NCBI GenBank assembly: GCA_963733055.1
Contig: CAVTBR010000001.1
Location: forward strand, 32,001-96,000
DNA: 64,000 bases
Origin: Candidatus Bathyarchaeota archaeon
Lineage (GTDB): Archaea > Thermoproteota > Bathyarchaeia > 40CM-2-53-6
Direction of reading: 5' to 3'
Made by a program: the position numbers and the translations under genes. The first letter of the stretch is position 1, and each line of letters starts with the position of its first letter. Below, in pieces: positions 17,966-28,427 of this stretch. The notes under the pieces are model-generated. The model did not search any database. It was not told where the DNA came from and saw nothing but the letters and a program-made list of their open reading frames with translations.

Positions 17966-19156
17966 TTGGTGTTCCTTGTGAGTCGAGATGAGAAGAAACT
18001 TGAACGCATCCGCAAAGCCATGCAACATGAAGGGCTTAGCGGTCTCGTACTTCGTATACCCGAGAATGTTTCGTACATTTCAGACGCATGGCCTGGAAGA
18101 GGCCTAAGCTACTTAATCGTACCAGTTGACCGCGACCCCATTCTAATCCACCCCGCGGGGGAGACAGTGCCTCGAACTTGGGTGGAGAATGTGAGGTTGT
18201 ACAAGTGGGAGACCTACGAGCACCTAGGGGACTCACTCGCAGTAGGAGTTGACGAAGTACAGAGAGCCTTAACGGATCTGGGAATCGGGTCTGGCACGAT
18301 TGGAATAGAACAGGGGTGGGAACATTTCCTCGGGACACCACTTCGGTACGAAATGATGGTTGCCGGAGAAAAGACAGCCACCGCACTCAGGAATCGACTT
18401 GCCGAATATGATGTGAAAAACGCTTCTCCGCTCCTAGTCCAAGCTAGATCCGTGAAGACTGAAGGTGAAGTTGTTGCGATGAAGAAGGCAAACCGAATAG
18501 CGCGCGTCGGACTGGAAACTTTTGAGAGAAATCTCAAGCCAGGACTCACCGAAGTCCAACTTTCATCGAAGATAGAACACGAGATCGTCACTCAAGGCGT
18601 GATGAAGTTCCGTGCCAATCACGTTGTTGCATGCGCTTTCGTAGCATCTGGACCCTCCACGGCGGAGGCTTACAAGTACGTGGTCGGGAATACGAAACGA
18701 AAGATGAGGCGTGGAGATCTGGTAATGTTGGAGCTTGACGTGGTGGCGGACGGTTATAGTTCTGATACGACTCGGACCTTCGTAGTCGGAAAACCCAACA
18801 GGAAACAACATGCTCTTCTCGAAGCAGTTCTAGATTCGGAAAGCTCGGCGATCGCTGCCATAAAACCAGGAGTGAGCGCGGCCGAGATAGCACGTACGGC
18901 GAACAAGGTCATTGAGAAACATGGTCTATCGGAGTACTTGGTGCATAGACTTGGGCATGGGATCGGAGTTGCAGTTCATGAGCCGATACCTGCTTTACAT
19001 GTTGAGTCGAAAGATCAGCTGAAACCTGGAATGGTTCACAGCGTTGAGCCGGGTATCTATAGCAAAAAGTTCGGTGGCATACGGATAGAAGATGACATTC
19101 TCGATACCGACCGCGGAACCGAGTATCTTTCAAACTTTCCGAGAACTCAAGAATGA
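17966..19156 (+). CDS. Xaa-Pro peptidase, M24 family
   Basis: GYSSDTTRT, HRLGHGIG, HE, EPGIY, GIRIEDD. Confidence 0.9.
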   Translation: MVFLVSRDEKKLERIRKAMQHEGLSGLVLRIPENVSYISDAWPGRGLSYLIVPVDRDPILIHPAGETVPRTWVENVRLYKWETYEHLGDSLAVGVDEVQRALTDLGIGSGTIGIEQGWEHFLGTPLRYEMMVAGEKTATALRNRLAEYDVKNASPLLVQARSVKTEGEVVAMKKANRIARVGLETFERNLKPGLTEVQLSSKIEHEIVTQGVMKFRANHVVACAFVASGPSTAEAYKYVVGNTKRKMRRGDLVMLELDVVADGYSSDTTRTFVVGKPNRKQHALLEAVLDSESSAIAAIKPGVSAAEIARTANKVIEKHGLSEYLVHRLGHGIGVAVHEPIPALHVESKDQLKPGMVHSVEPGIYSKKFGGIRIEDDILDTDRGTEYLSNFPRTQE

Positions 19157-19251
19157 GCCACCAAGTGGGATTATGACCATGATCCTGCGCGAACAGGTAC
19201 ATATCCTGCTACCAAGATGTGGGTAACTGATTCCGAGAAATCTGAGTCTGC

Positions 19252-19890
19252 TTACCAGTGTTCGTAATGTACAACTTGTGCGGGCGGCTTTCGGCCGCGT
19301 TTCAGCGAAGGTGATTTGACGTCCTCTGCGGGCAAGCCGATTGATATGACTCCAACGGGATGATAGTGCTCTGGAATCCCGAGTAGCTTCTTCATCTCTT
19401 GGACTCGAAATACGCCCGTGAAGGCTGAGGCGTAACCTTCGTCGACTGCTGCTAGGAAGATTAGCATGCATGCGGCGCCGATGTCAAAGTGCCAGTACGG
19501 TGTGGGCCATTCGATCTCGGTTCCGTCCTCTTGGAGTTTGTCTGCTTCTCGGTATCGATCGTGGTAGACCTTTTCGCTAGTACACGCCACTATTAACAAC
19601 GGAGCCTCTGACACGAACTTATGGAATCGATCAGCGTAGAAGTCAGCTTCCCCTTGGAGGTTCCCTACTTGTTTCCTCAACTTCTCGTCTTGCACCACAA
19701 CATATGCCCAGCCCTGGCTGAAACCGGCGCTCGGCGCATGCAAGGTGAGATTAAGAATTCTGTCGACAGTCTCCTTTGGTACAGGCTTTGACTGGAAGTT
19801 TCTGACCATTCTTCGCTTTAGGACTACCTTCTCGAATTCCATTTGCAACCCAATCGCCAACTGTGGGTCGGGAGATTTGAATAATTGCAA
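19252..19890 (-). CDS. nitroreductase family protein
   Basis: RRMVRNF, APSAGFSQGW; start probably at MEFEKVV. Confidence 0.88.
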   Translation of the reverse strand: MQLFKSPDPQLAIGLQMEFEKVVLKRRMVRNFQSKPVPKETVDRILNLTLHAPSAGFSQGWAYVVVQDEKLRKQVGNLQGEADFYADRFHKFVSEAPLLIVACTSEKVYHDRYREADKLQEDGTEIEWPTPYWHFDIGAACMLIFLAAVDEGYASAFTGVFRVQEMKKLLGIPEHYHPVGVISIGLPAEDVKSPSLKRGRKPPAQVVHYEHW

Positions 19891-19979
19891 TCGAAGCCAG
19901 CGCAGCGAGCCTGGGTTCAGGCATCATGTAAAACAGAAAGAGAAGAAAAGGAGACTTAAGGAATTACACCAGAAACGGA

Positions 19980-20123
19980 CTAGTATCGTCTGTGTTTCTG
20001 GTAGCAGGCTCTACAGTAGACTGGTCGGCCTTGCGTAGGCTTGAACGGTACTTCAGTTTCAGCACCGCAGTCAGAACATGTGACTTTGTACATAGTTCGG
20101 CCGCCATATCCTTCTTGACTCAT
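19980..20123 (-). CDS. CxxC-x17-CxxC zinc-ribbon protein (47 aa)
   Basis: Translated by hand: MSQEGYGGRTMYKVTCSDCGAETEVPFKPTQGRPVYCRACYQKHRRY. Confidence 0.88.
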   Translation of the reverse strand: MSQEGYGGRTMYKVTCSDCGAETEVPFKPTQGRPVYCRACYQKHRRY

Positions 20124-20480
20124 ACTAACACCACTCTATGCTTTAGTTACGCGTACCATAGTACCTAAGTACAATCGCAGCGTACCGACGGCTAGGAAGC
20201 CTCTGAACGTAATTAAAGCTATACTACAATCAACTATCAAACTAAGCTCGTACACTAACTCGACCCGCTATGTGGATACGCGCTCGAACCTGGTATTCGA
20301 GAGAGGAAACCGAGAAGGTTACATTCTTCCACCCGTATGATGGGGCGTACATGCGAAACGTGGGTTGCGGTGGAAGATCTGAAAGGCAGTTTTTCATGTT
20401 TGTGGGCCAATGGACTCTGTCGATGGCTGGTAAGATCCTTGGCGCCCTAACTATCCGCGAATGTTGGAGGAAAATGTAAG

Positions 20481-20732
20481 TTGAGAATTGAAGAAATACG
20501 GAACGGAATGAGGGGTATCCATCTAGAGGGAAAGATTTTCGATATGAACCAGTTCATGCTAGTGCTAGATGATGAAAGCGGCCGAACCTTCGTCAGATAC
20601 AATTACAGAAATCTTGCAAAACCAATTCAAAAGGGCGACTACGTTAAAGTAGACAATGGGCAAGCGGTTAACTACTCGGGGATTCTGCAAGTGAAATTAC
20701 CGCGAAACGGCTCCATAACACCGACCCAGTAG
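20481..20732 (+). CDS. single OB-fold (SSB/RPA-like) protein
   Basis: 'IEEIRNGMRGIHLEGKI...LDDESG...KGDYVKVDNG...YSGILQV'. Confidence 0.7.
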   Translation: MRIEEIRNGMRGIHLEGKIFDMNQFMLVLDDESGRTFVRYNYRNLAKPIQKGDYVKVDNGQAVNYSGILQVKLPRNGSITPTQ

Positions 20733-20783
20733 ACGTCCACTTTCCAACTGTGCTACGCCTTACTCGGAATTTCCTTAGCTCGG

Positions 20784-21929
20784 CTAAACGCGTTGAAACT
20801 GATCCTTTGTTACAGTTTCTTTCGAAATTGTCTTCGATTCAAGAAATTCTTCATCCACTTGAACTCCTATTCCAGGTTCACGCGGCACCTCAATCGTTCC
20901 AGCCCCCGTTAGTTCGAACTCTTGTTTGATTATGTCTTTCTCGAAATACAGTTTGCTTGCGGAAATGTCACCAGGAAAGGTGAAGCCTGGCAGGGAAGCC
21001 AATGCGACATTAAATGCTCTGCCAATTCCGGTTTCAAGCATTCCGCCGCACCATACTGGAATCTTCCGTGCCATGCAAAAATCGTGCAGCTCTCTCGAAC
21101 ACCCCAAGCCTCTAACCCGTCCTGGTTTGATGTTTATGACTCTGCACGCATCGATCTCTACCGCTTGACGCACGTCGTTCACACTTCGTATGCTCTCGTC
21201 AAGACAAACGGGTGTTGAAAGCTGCTTCTGCAATTTCGAATGATCAATGAGATCGTTAGGGGCTAGGGGCTGCTCAATCAGTAACAGTTTGAAGCCGTCA
21301 AGCTGTTTCAATATATGCGAATCCTCAAGAGTATAGGCCGAGTTCGCGTCCACTTGGAGTGGAATATCAGGGAAACGTTTCCTAATCGCCCTCACTGGTT
21401 CGAGATCGAACCCTGGTTTAATTTTGATTTTTATCCGCCTGTATCTCTCGGCAAGACGCGATGTGACCTTGTCGACGAGGCTCTGGATTGAAGGTTGAAT
21501 ACCTACACTTACTCCAGCTTCAACCTCCGTCTTACTTCCTTTGAGTAGCTTGGAAATTGGTTGGTGTGTTAACTTTCCCATGAGATCCCAGAGTGCCATT
21601 TCGACCGCGGCTACGGCCATATTGTTTCCTCTTAATCTTCGACTGGAATCAAGAAACTGGGCGGGAGTCGTGAATAGGTTTGCAAAAAGTGATGGCGCAA
21701 GGAATTTCTTGATGACGTAGCTGGCAGACATTATGGTCTCTTCGCTATACCAAGGCCCATTTCCAGCAACACATTCTCCGTAAGCAGTAAGCCCGTCCTT
21801 TTTGACGATCACAATCAGAGCCTCCTTAACGGATTCTACGCCAAGATTGCTCTCGAAATTGGAAACGAGCGGTAATCGGACAATGCGCAATTCCAGGGAA
21901 TCGATAGGCGTCAGTTCAGGAGAATCCAT
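20784..21929 (-). CDS. menC: o-succinylbenzoate synthase (OSBS/NAAAR, enolase superfamily)
   Basis: KIKIKPG, VDANSAY, IEQP, CLDES, NIKPGRV, WCGGMLE, PGDIS; divergent from men operon. Confidence 0.9.
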   Translation of the reverse strand: MDSPELTPIDSLELRIVRLPLVSNFESNLGVESVKEALIVIVKKDGLTAYGECVAGNGPWYSEETIMSASYVIKKFLAPSLFANLFTTPAQFLDSSRRLRGNNMAVAAVEMALWDLMGKLTHQPISKLLKGSKTEVEAGVSVGIQPSIQSLVDKVTSRLAERYRRIKIKIKPGFDLEPVRAIRKRFPDIPLQVDANSAYTLEDSHILKQLDGFKLLLIEQPLAPNDLIDHSKLQKQLSTPVCLDESIRSVNDVRQAVEIDACRVINIKPGRVRGLGCSRELHDFCMARKIPVWCGGMLETGIGRAFNVALASLPGFTFPGDISASKLYFEKDIIKQEFELTGAGTIEVPREPGIGVQVDEEFLESKTISKETVTKDQFQRV

Positions 21930-22161
21930 CTTCCCAGCTACCTCGCATCTGAATGAGATTCCTCGTGATTCTAATAGGCCCCGCGACGGTCTGGCTCAAT
22001 GCAACGCATATGTCCCATCTAATTGCAGTCCTCCTTTTATCAAGAATACCGTGCCCATCTCGCAATTAGCCGGAGGAGCTTAGAATTAGGATAGGTTCTT
22101 CTGTCTGAGAAATCATGAGCAACAACGCCGCCATCGGGAAGAGAGAAGCGGGAGAGGCAAG

Positions 22162-23613
22162 ATGCGAAGAAGATCTTTAGAAATTCAGTCCCAAAACAGT
22201 GAGATGGCGGGCTTACCTCAACCTTCCGATTCGATTTCATTCGGCAGAGTACTTGAGTTGATTTCGGATGGAAATCGATGCGCCGCTGAAATGAGCAGAC
22301 CGATACTTGTATCCCTCACCCAGCCTCTTAGACTCGAAAACGATCCTGAACAACTCTTCTCCGCGGCATCGCGAATTGACAGTACTAGGAACTACTGGGC
22401 CCTACCTGCGAAGAAATCTTGGAGTGTGGGCGCCGGTAAGGCGGCTGACATAGTCGCTGAGGGCTCTCAAAGATTCCAACGAGCCGCTACCTCACTTCTG
22501 GATACGATGAATTCGGCGATTGTTGAGGAAAACGGCGGTCCCGGACCAATTTTCATGGGGGGCTTCAGGTTCAACCCACTATCACCTGTTGAAGGGCTTT
22601 GGGAGGATTTTCACGATGGACTGCTGACACTGCCCCGGTGGGTGATTACATCTCAACCGAACGGGCGACGCTGGGTGACCATCAATGTGGTTGTGAATGG
22701 ACGCACGAAGATTGATTCGCTACAAAAGGATCTGAAGACTCAAGCCGCCGACCTCTTCGATTCGCCCAGTGACTTCCCGGAACCTGTGTCTGCTTCAATA
22801 AGATCTCAACCGGCTGTTGATCTTTGGCGACGAAGTGTGGAACAGGCTCTGGACGCAGTCAAAGACGGAAGACTGACCAAAGTCACTTTGGCGAGAATCC
22901 TAAAACTCCGCGCTAGGACACCCATAATTCCCGAGATTGTCCTTCGAAGCCTCGCAACCAATTACCCCGAATGTCAAGTATTCGCCTTCTGCCGGTCGGG
23001 TACATGTTTCGTAGGAGCTTCCCCCGAGGATTTAGTGAGCCTTCACGATGAGCAGGTGAGTTCGACCTGTTTGGCGGGTTCAGCCCCCCGCGGCGCTTCG
23101 GAGACCGAGGACTCGAAGCTTTCGGAGTGGCTGTTAGGAAATGTTAAGGAACGAAGAGAACACGAAGTCGTCGTCGACTGGATTTCTGAACGAATGGGAA
23201 AGCTCTGCTCTAAACTTCAGTGGGACGACGACCCCCATTTGATGCGGCTAGGGAACGTTCAGCATTTAGCGACCCGTTTTACGGGCAAGCCAAAGAAAGG
23301 CGTCAATGTCCTGGATTTTGTCAATGCGTTACACCCAACGCCCGCCGTTGGTGGCATACCTCTTGAGCCAGCCCTTGAAATGATTGAGAGGCTTGAGAAG
23401 TTTGATCGCGGTTGGTATACGGGACCGGTTGGATGGGTTGACAGGAATGGGGACGGGGAATTCGCCATCGCAATTCGATGTGCGCTCTTGCGTGGCAATG
23501 AGGCGTTCCTGTACGCAGGGGCCGGTATTGTTGCCGGATCGGACCCAGACCGCGAAGATCAGGAGACTATGATCAAATTCAAGCCACTCCTGACGGCCCT
23601 GGGAGTGCCTTGA
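22162..23613 (+). CDS. menF: isochorismate synthase
   Basis: KVTLAR, GASPE, CLAGS, KERREH, LHPTPAVGG, RGWYTG, AGAGIV. Confidence 0.92.
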   Translation: MRRRSLEIQSQNSEMAGLPQPSDSISFGRVLELISDGNRCAAEMSRPILVSLTQPLRLENDPEQLFSAASRIDSTRNYWALPAKKSWSVGAGKAADIVAEGSQRFQRAATSLLDTMNSAIVEENGGPGPIFMGGFRFNPLSPVEGLWEDFHDGLLTLPRWVITSQPNGRRWVTINVVVNGRTKIDSLQKDLKTQAADLFDSPSDFPEPVSASIRSQPAVDLWRRSVEQALDAVKDGRLTKVTLARILKLRARTPIIPEIVLRSLATNYPECQVFAFCRSGTCFVGASPEDLVSLHDEQVSSTCLAGSAPRGASETEDSKLSEWLLGNVKERREHEVVVDWISERMGKLCSKLQWDDDPHLMRLGNVQHLATRFTGKPKKGVNVLDFVNALHPTPAVGGIPLEPALEMIERLEKFDRGWYTGPVGWVDRNGDGEFAIAIRCALLRGNEAFLYAGAGIVAGSDPDREDQETMIKFKPLLTALGVP

Positions 23614-25403
23614 TGCCTCTCCCACCGAATCGCAACTACGCTTTCTCAGAAGCATTTGTTGATGAACTCTACCGTTCAGGCCTGCGACATGCCTGCATCT
23701 GTCCAGGTTCGCGATCAACACCCTTAGTGATTAGCCTAGCGAAGCAAGAGCGTATCAAGGTCTGGGTCCATTCGGACGAGCGTTCGGCTGCGTACTTCTC
23801 GCTTGGGATGAGCCGGGCCCTTAGCGCGCCAGTCGCGGTCGTTAGCACGTCGGGTACAGCTGCGGCTAATTTCTTTCCCGCCGTAATCGAGGCTTACTAT
23901 TCACATGTGCCAATCTTGATTTTGACCGCGGATCGTCCCCCAGAGTTGTGGGAATGGGGTGCGAACCAAACAATCGACCAGACTCGGATGTATGGAGGCC
24001 ACGCGAAGTGGTCGGTGAACATGGCTACTCCAGAGTTCACGCTTGACTTGCTGAGGTATGTTCGTGAAATTGCGTGCCGCGCATTGAGCACGGCGATTCA
24101 ATCGCCCGCTGGGCCCGTGCACATCAACTTCCCGTTCGGAGAGCCATTAGTACCCAAGGATGTTCCAGCGGAAATCCCAGAACACTCCTCGCTGGGAACC
24201 CAAAACGCTTGGGAAGGTCGGAAGCAAGCCAGAGCCTACACAGACGTCCGGAATGGGCGGCGATTTATCAACAGAGAGCAGGTCAAGGAGTTAGCGGGAG
24301 AGATACAGACCCTGAGCGAGGGGGTTATCGTTTGTGGGTCTCAGTATGATTTAGGCTTCCCCCAAGCGGTCTCGACTCTAGCCAACCGCTTGGGCTTCCC
24401 AATACTCGCAGACCCCCTATCCCAAGTTCGGTGCGGTACGCACGACCGAAGCCTCATCGTTGATTGCTACGACGCTTTCCTACGCTCTAGGAGAGTGGCG
24501 GAGGCATTGGAACCTGAAATTATCCTGCGGTTCGGCGCCACGCCCACGTCCAAGGCATTACAAGAATACATTGAGCAACACCACCGGGCCAGGCAAATAC
24601 TAGTCCGAGAGGGAGACTGGCAAGACCCAATGCATACGGCCACCGACATGTTTCAGACCGACCCCGGCCAATTCGCAAGAGAACTTGCAACTGAGACCAC
24701 CAGTACTCGCCAAAGAAAGTGGTCGGACACTTGGTTGGCTGTCGCTGAGAGAACACGTCAAGCTATTCATGGCGAGATGAGCAAAATCGAAGAGATGTTT
24801 GAAGGGAAGATTTTCGCGAACCTAGCGGCTTTCTTTCCACCCAAAGCAACATTGTTTGCGGGCAACAGTATGCCGGTGCGTGACCTTGACTCATTCTATC
24901 CGTCCACTTCTCAGGAGGTCCGATTTTTGGCGAATCGAGGAGCGAGCGGAATAGATGGAGTAATCTCCACAGCGCTAGGAGCCAGCGCGGTTACCAAGGA
25001 TCCAACGGTGCTCGTGGTCGGCGATCTTTCTTTCTACCAAGACATGAATGGTTTGCTGGCGGCGATGAAATACGGTCTCAATGCAACTATCGTGTTAGCA
25101 AATAATGATGGCGGCGGCATTTTCTCCTTTCTTCCTCAGCGAGAGTACAAGGACTACTTCGAAAAGTACTTCGCGACCCCACACGGCCTTACCTTCCGCG
25201 CCGCGGCCTCCCTATACGGTCTAACCTATTCCAAGGCTACGTCGTGGGAAGAATTCCATACCGCCGTTTCGCGGAACGTGGGATCCACGGGCACGGGCGT
25301 AGTGGAATTGCAAACTAATAGAGATCGAAACGTTGAGCTTCACCGTCGCATTTGGTCAGTTGCAACCGAGGCGGCGGAGGGCACGCTCATGGAGCGGACT
25401 TGA
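23610..25403 (+). CDS. menD: SEPHCHC synthase
   Basis: PGSRSTPL, DERSAA, TSGTAAAN, TADRP, NRGASGIDG, GDLSF, NNDGGGIF. Confidence 0.95.
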   Translation: MMPLPPNRNYAFSEAFVDELYRSGLRHACICPGSRSTPLVISLAKQERIKVWVHSDERSAAYFSLGMSRALSAPVAVVSTSGTAAANFFPAVIEAYYSHVPILILTADRPPELWEWGANQTIDQTRMYGGHAKWSVNMATPEFTLDLLRYVREIACRALSTAIQSPAGPVHINFPFGEPLVPKDVPAEIPEHSSLGTQNAWEGRKQARAYTDVRNGRRFINREQVKELAGEIQTLSEGVIVCGSQYDLGFPQAVSTLANRLGFPILADPLSQVRCGTHDRSLIVDCYDAFLRSRRVAEALEPEIILRFGATPTSKALQEYIEQHHRARQILVREGDWQDPMHTATDMFQTDPGQFARELATETTSTRQRKWSDTWLAVAERTRQAIHGEMSKIEEMFEGKIFANLAAFFPPKATLFAGNSMPVRDLDSFYPSTSQEVRFLANRGASGIDGVISTALGASAVTKDPTVLVVGDLSFYQDMNGLLAAMKYGLNATIVLANNDGGGIFSFLPQREYKDYFEKYFATPHGLTFRAAASLYGLTYSKATSWEEFHTAVSRNVGSTGTGVVELQTNRDRNVELHRRIWSVATEAAEGTLMERT

Positions 25404-25407
25404 AGGC

Positions 25408-26217
25408 GTGCTGGTCGACGAAGTCAATCTAAATGTCAAGGCTGTGGGTTCGGGTCCAGCAATCTTAGCACTTCACGGATTCTCAGGGTCTATGTCCACC
25501 TGGAGCGAGTTCGTGGAGGAGGCGCAGAAAGAATACAGGATTATTACAGTCGACTTGTTAGGGCATGGAGGTTCAGATGCTCCCAGCGATCCCAAGAGAT
25601 ATCGTGTGGAACAATCCATCGCCGACCTTGCTGCGGTTCTAGACAAGTCAGATGTCGCCAATGCTTGCTGGTTAGGGTATTCTATGGGGGGCCGGATCGC
25701 TCTCGGAGCCGCTGCGTTAATGCCTGAAAGGTGTGGGTGTTTAGTGCTTGAAGGAGCTTCCCCCGGGATTGACGAACCCAAACAAAGGGCAGAGAGGAAG
25801 AGACGCGATGACGCGCTGGCACGCCTGATTATGAAAGAAGGCATCGAGACGTTTTCGAAATACTGGGAGCAACAGCCAATATTTGCCAGCCAAAAACTTC
25901 TCCCCCTTGAAGTTCAAGAACAAATCAGAAACCAGCGGCTCAAAAACAACCCTACAGGGCTCGCGAACACTTTACGCGCCGCAAGCTCCGGCGTCCAGCC
26001 CCCCTTCCACAAATCACTTCCTAACATCAAAATCCCCGTCCTCTGCATTGCTGGCGAATACGACCACAAGTTCTCTGCCATCGCAGAAGACATGTGCAGC
26101 AAGCTACCAAACGGGCACCTTTCCATCATACCAGGTGCGGGACATGCTCCGCACATTGAGAAGCCTGAGGAATTCAACAGAATCGTACTGGGCTTCCTCC
26201 GTGAATCGAATTGGTAG
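25408..26217 (+). CDS. menH: SHCHC synthase (alpha/beta hydrolase)
   Basis: LHGFSG, GYSMGGRIAL, 'RKRRDDALA', GHAPH; GTG start just after menD stop. Confidence 0.9.
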   Translation: MLVDEVNLNVKAVGSGPAILALHGFSGSMSTWSEFVEEAQKEYRIITVDLLGHGGSDAPSDPKRYRVEQSIADLAAVLDKSDVANACWLGYSMGGRIALGAAALMPERCGCLVLEGASPGIDEPKQRAERKRRDDALARLIMKEGIETFSKYWEQQPIFASQKLLPLEVQEQIRNQRLKNNPTGLANTLRAASSGVQPPFHKSLPNIKIPVLCIAGEYDHKFSAIAEDMCSKLPNGHLSIIPGAGHAPHIEKPEEFNRIVLGFLRESNW

Positions 26218-26290
26218 TTATTACGTCATCCTTGGCTCAGTAACTGGTTCACCACAGAGTATAATTTCGCTGGCTTCAATCTCTTGCCTC

Positions 26291-27517
26291 ATGATTAGCC
26301 GAAAGTCTTCCAGGGACAATCCTAGACTGAATCCATTAGCCGGGATAACCGTCCTAGAAATAAGCCACATACTCTCTGGCCCGTTCTGCACCATGCTTCT
26401 TGCAGATCTTGGCGCGAAGGTTATCAAAGTTGAGCGGCCGAACTTGGGAGATGAAGCGCGACGATTAGGTCCCCAAGTGAGCGGAGATAGCGCGTATTTC
26501 ATGAGCGTAAATCGAGGAAAGAAGAGCATCACTATCGATCTTTCCCGCGAGGAGGGCCAGAAGTTGGCCCGGGAACTGTGCCAGCACGTTGACATTCTTG
26601 TCGAGAACTTTGTTCCTGGGACAATGCAGAGATTCGGTCTCGACTATGCGAAGGTAGGGGCGCTCAATCCTCGTCTGATCTACACATCGATCTCAGGCTT
26701 CGGCCAAAGCGGTCCCTATACCCACCATCCCGCCCTGGATATTATTGTTCAAGCGATGGGCGGCATTATGAGCGTGACGGGTGAACCCAATGGCCGTCCC
26801 TTGCGGCCCGGGGCATCGCTCGGAGATAGCGTCGCCGGCCTCTTCGCTGCGTTAGCAATACTCAGCGCTCTGTTGGAGAGAGAACGCACGGGCCGGGGGC
26901 GATATGTCGACGTCTCGATGCTAGACTGTCAAGTCACTATGATGGAGAACGCGTTTTCAAGGTACTTTGCCACGGGTGAGGTACCGGGACCGCTGGGATC
27001 ACGCCACCCTGCCGCAGTTCCCTTCCAGTCGTTTGCGACACAGGACGGATACATAGTGGTTGCACTAATCTCCGACAGCCCCGAACCCTGGAACCGCTTC
27101 TGTACCGCGATCGGGCACCCTGACCTTGCGAAAGACCCTCGTTTTGTTGACGCACCATCTAGAGTTCAGAACTACGGCGTGCTCGCGCCTATGATCGAAG
27201 AGGCGATGCGCAGGAAGTCTTCGCGAGAATGGCTTGAAGAATTCTCGCGCCTTGAAATTCCGTGCGGCCCGGTAAACAATGTGGGCGCAGTAGCTAAGGA
27301 CCCTCAGATACTCTCCCGCGGTATGATCGCAAAGATACCCCACAAAAAGTTGGGCGAATGGAAGGTCGCCAATACTCCCTTCAAGGCGGACGGTGCCTCC
27401 TCAGGCCCACAAGGTCCTTCGCCAGACTTAGGTGAGCATACCGACGAAGTGCTTCAAGAAATGCTCGGCCGTTCCCAGAATGAGATTGCCCGCTTGAGAT
27501 CGCTCGGCTTGGTTTGA
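26291..27517 (+). CDS. CoA-transferase family III (CaiB/BaiF/Frc-like), inside men operon
   Basis: LADLGAKVIKVE, NRGKKSI, VENF, catalytic Asp in GASLGDSVAG, PDLGEHT; ORF-track start at 25883 overlaps menH and is unlikely. Confidence 0.92.
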   Translation: MISRKSSRDNPRLNPLAGITVLEISHILSGPFCTMLLADLGAKVIKVERPNLGDEARRLGPQVSGDSAYFMSVNRGKKSITIDLSREEGQKLARELCQHVDILVENFVPGTMQRFGLDYAKVGALNPRLIYTSISGFGQSGPYTHHPALDIIVQAMGGIMSVTGEPNGRPLRPGASLGDSVAGLFAALAILSALLERERTGRGRYVDVSMLDCQVTMMENAFSRYFATGEVPGPLGSRHPAAVPFQSFATQDGYIVVALISDSPEPWNRFCTAIGHPDLAKDPRFVDAPSRVQNYGVLAPMIEEAMRRKSSREWLEEFSRLEIPCGPVNNVGAVAKDPQILSRGMIAKIPHKKLGEWKVANTPFKADGASSGPQGPSPDLGEHTDEVLQEMLGRSQNEIARLRSLGLV

Positions 27518-27573
27518 AAACGACCCTCTTAAGAAGCAAGCGCTGAGTAAAACTAGGAAAGTGGATATTCCAA

Positions 27574-28371
27574 ATGGAATTCAAAGACATATTTTACGAA
27601 AAGAAGGAAGGGGTAGCTTTCGTTCGAATTAACCGCCCGAAGGTTCTCAACGCCTTTCGACCGTTGACGATAGATGAGATGCGGCAGGCTTTCGTAGACG
27701 CTTGGTACGATCCGGAAGTTGGAGTTGTTGTTCTCACAGGGACAAACGGTAACTTTTGTTCAGGCGGTGATGTGAACGTTCGGGGAGAGGGTGGTTATGA
27801 GGACGATTCGGGCACGCTGAGGCTGCAAGTTACGCATCTGCACAGGTTGATACGAGAAATACCGAAGCCCGTCATCGCAATGGTGGATGGTTACGCGATC
27901 GGCGGGGGACATGTCCTTCATGTGTTATGTGACTTGACGGTTGCCTCCACGCGTGCAGTCTTCGGACAGATAGGGCCTAAGTACGGTAGCTTCGACGGAG
28001 GATTCGGGTCCATTTACCTCGCGCGCATTGTTGGGGAAAAGAAGGCACGAGAGATCTGGTACCTATGCCGTCGTTACTCTGCCCAAGAAGCACTAGACAT
28101 GGGACTCGTCAACTTTGTCTTCCCTCCGGATCAACTCGAGAACGAGGTGGTGTCTATGGCTCAGGAACTGCTCCAGCGCTCACCGACTGCTTTGCGATTT
28201 CTGAAGTTTGCCTTCAACTCAGACACGGACCACGTCTACGGGACACAGAATCTAGCACACGGCGCTACAGCCCTTTACTACGCGAGTGAGGAATGCAAGG
28301 AGGGCACGAGAGCCTTCCTTGAGAAACGCGCGCCAAACTACGCTCGCTTTCGAAAGCAACCTCCTTGGTAG
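27574..28371 (+). CDS. menB: 1,4-dihydroxy-2-naphthoyl-CoA synthase
   Basis: NAFRP, FCSGGD, AIGGGHVLH, GSFDGGFG, GEKKAREIW. Confidence 0.95.
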   Translation: MEFKDIFYEKKEGVAFVRINRPKVLNAFRPLTIDEMRQAFVDAWYDPEVGVVVLTGTNGNFCSGGDVNVRGEGGYEDDSGTLRLQVTHLHRLIREIPKPVIAMVDGYAIGGGHVLHVLCDLTVASTRAVFGQIGPKYGSFDGGFGSIYLARIVGEKKAREIWYLCRRYSAQEALDMGLVNFVFPPDQLENEVVSMAQELLQRSPTALRFLKFAFNSDTDHVYGTQNLAHGATALYYASEECKEGTRAFLEKRAPNYARFRKQPPW

Positions 28372-28427
28372 ATAATCACCCCACCAGCCCGACATCATGA
28401 ATTCAAAACGCAGTACGCGTTTCATAA

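Noticed and set aside
25883-26290. N-terminal extension of the CoA-transferase (544-aa ORF) or a menH fusion
   Set aside because: It overlaps menH in another frame; family similarity starts only near PLAGITVLE.
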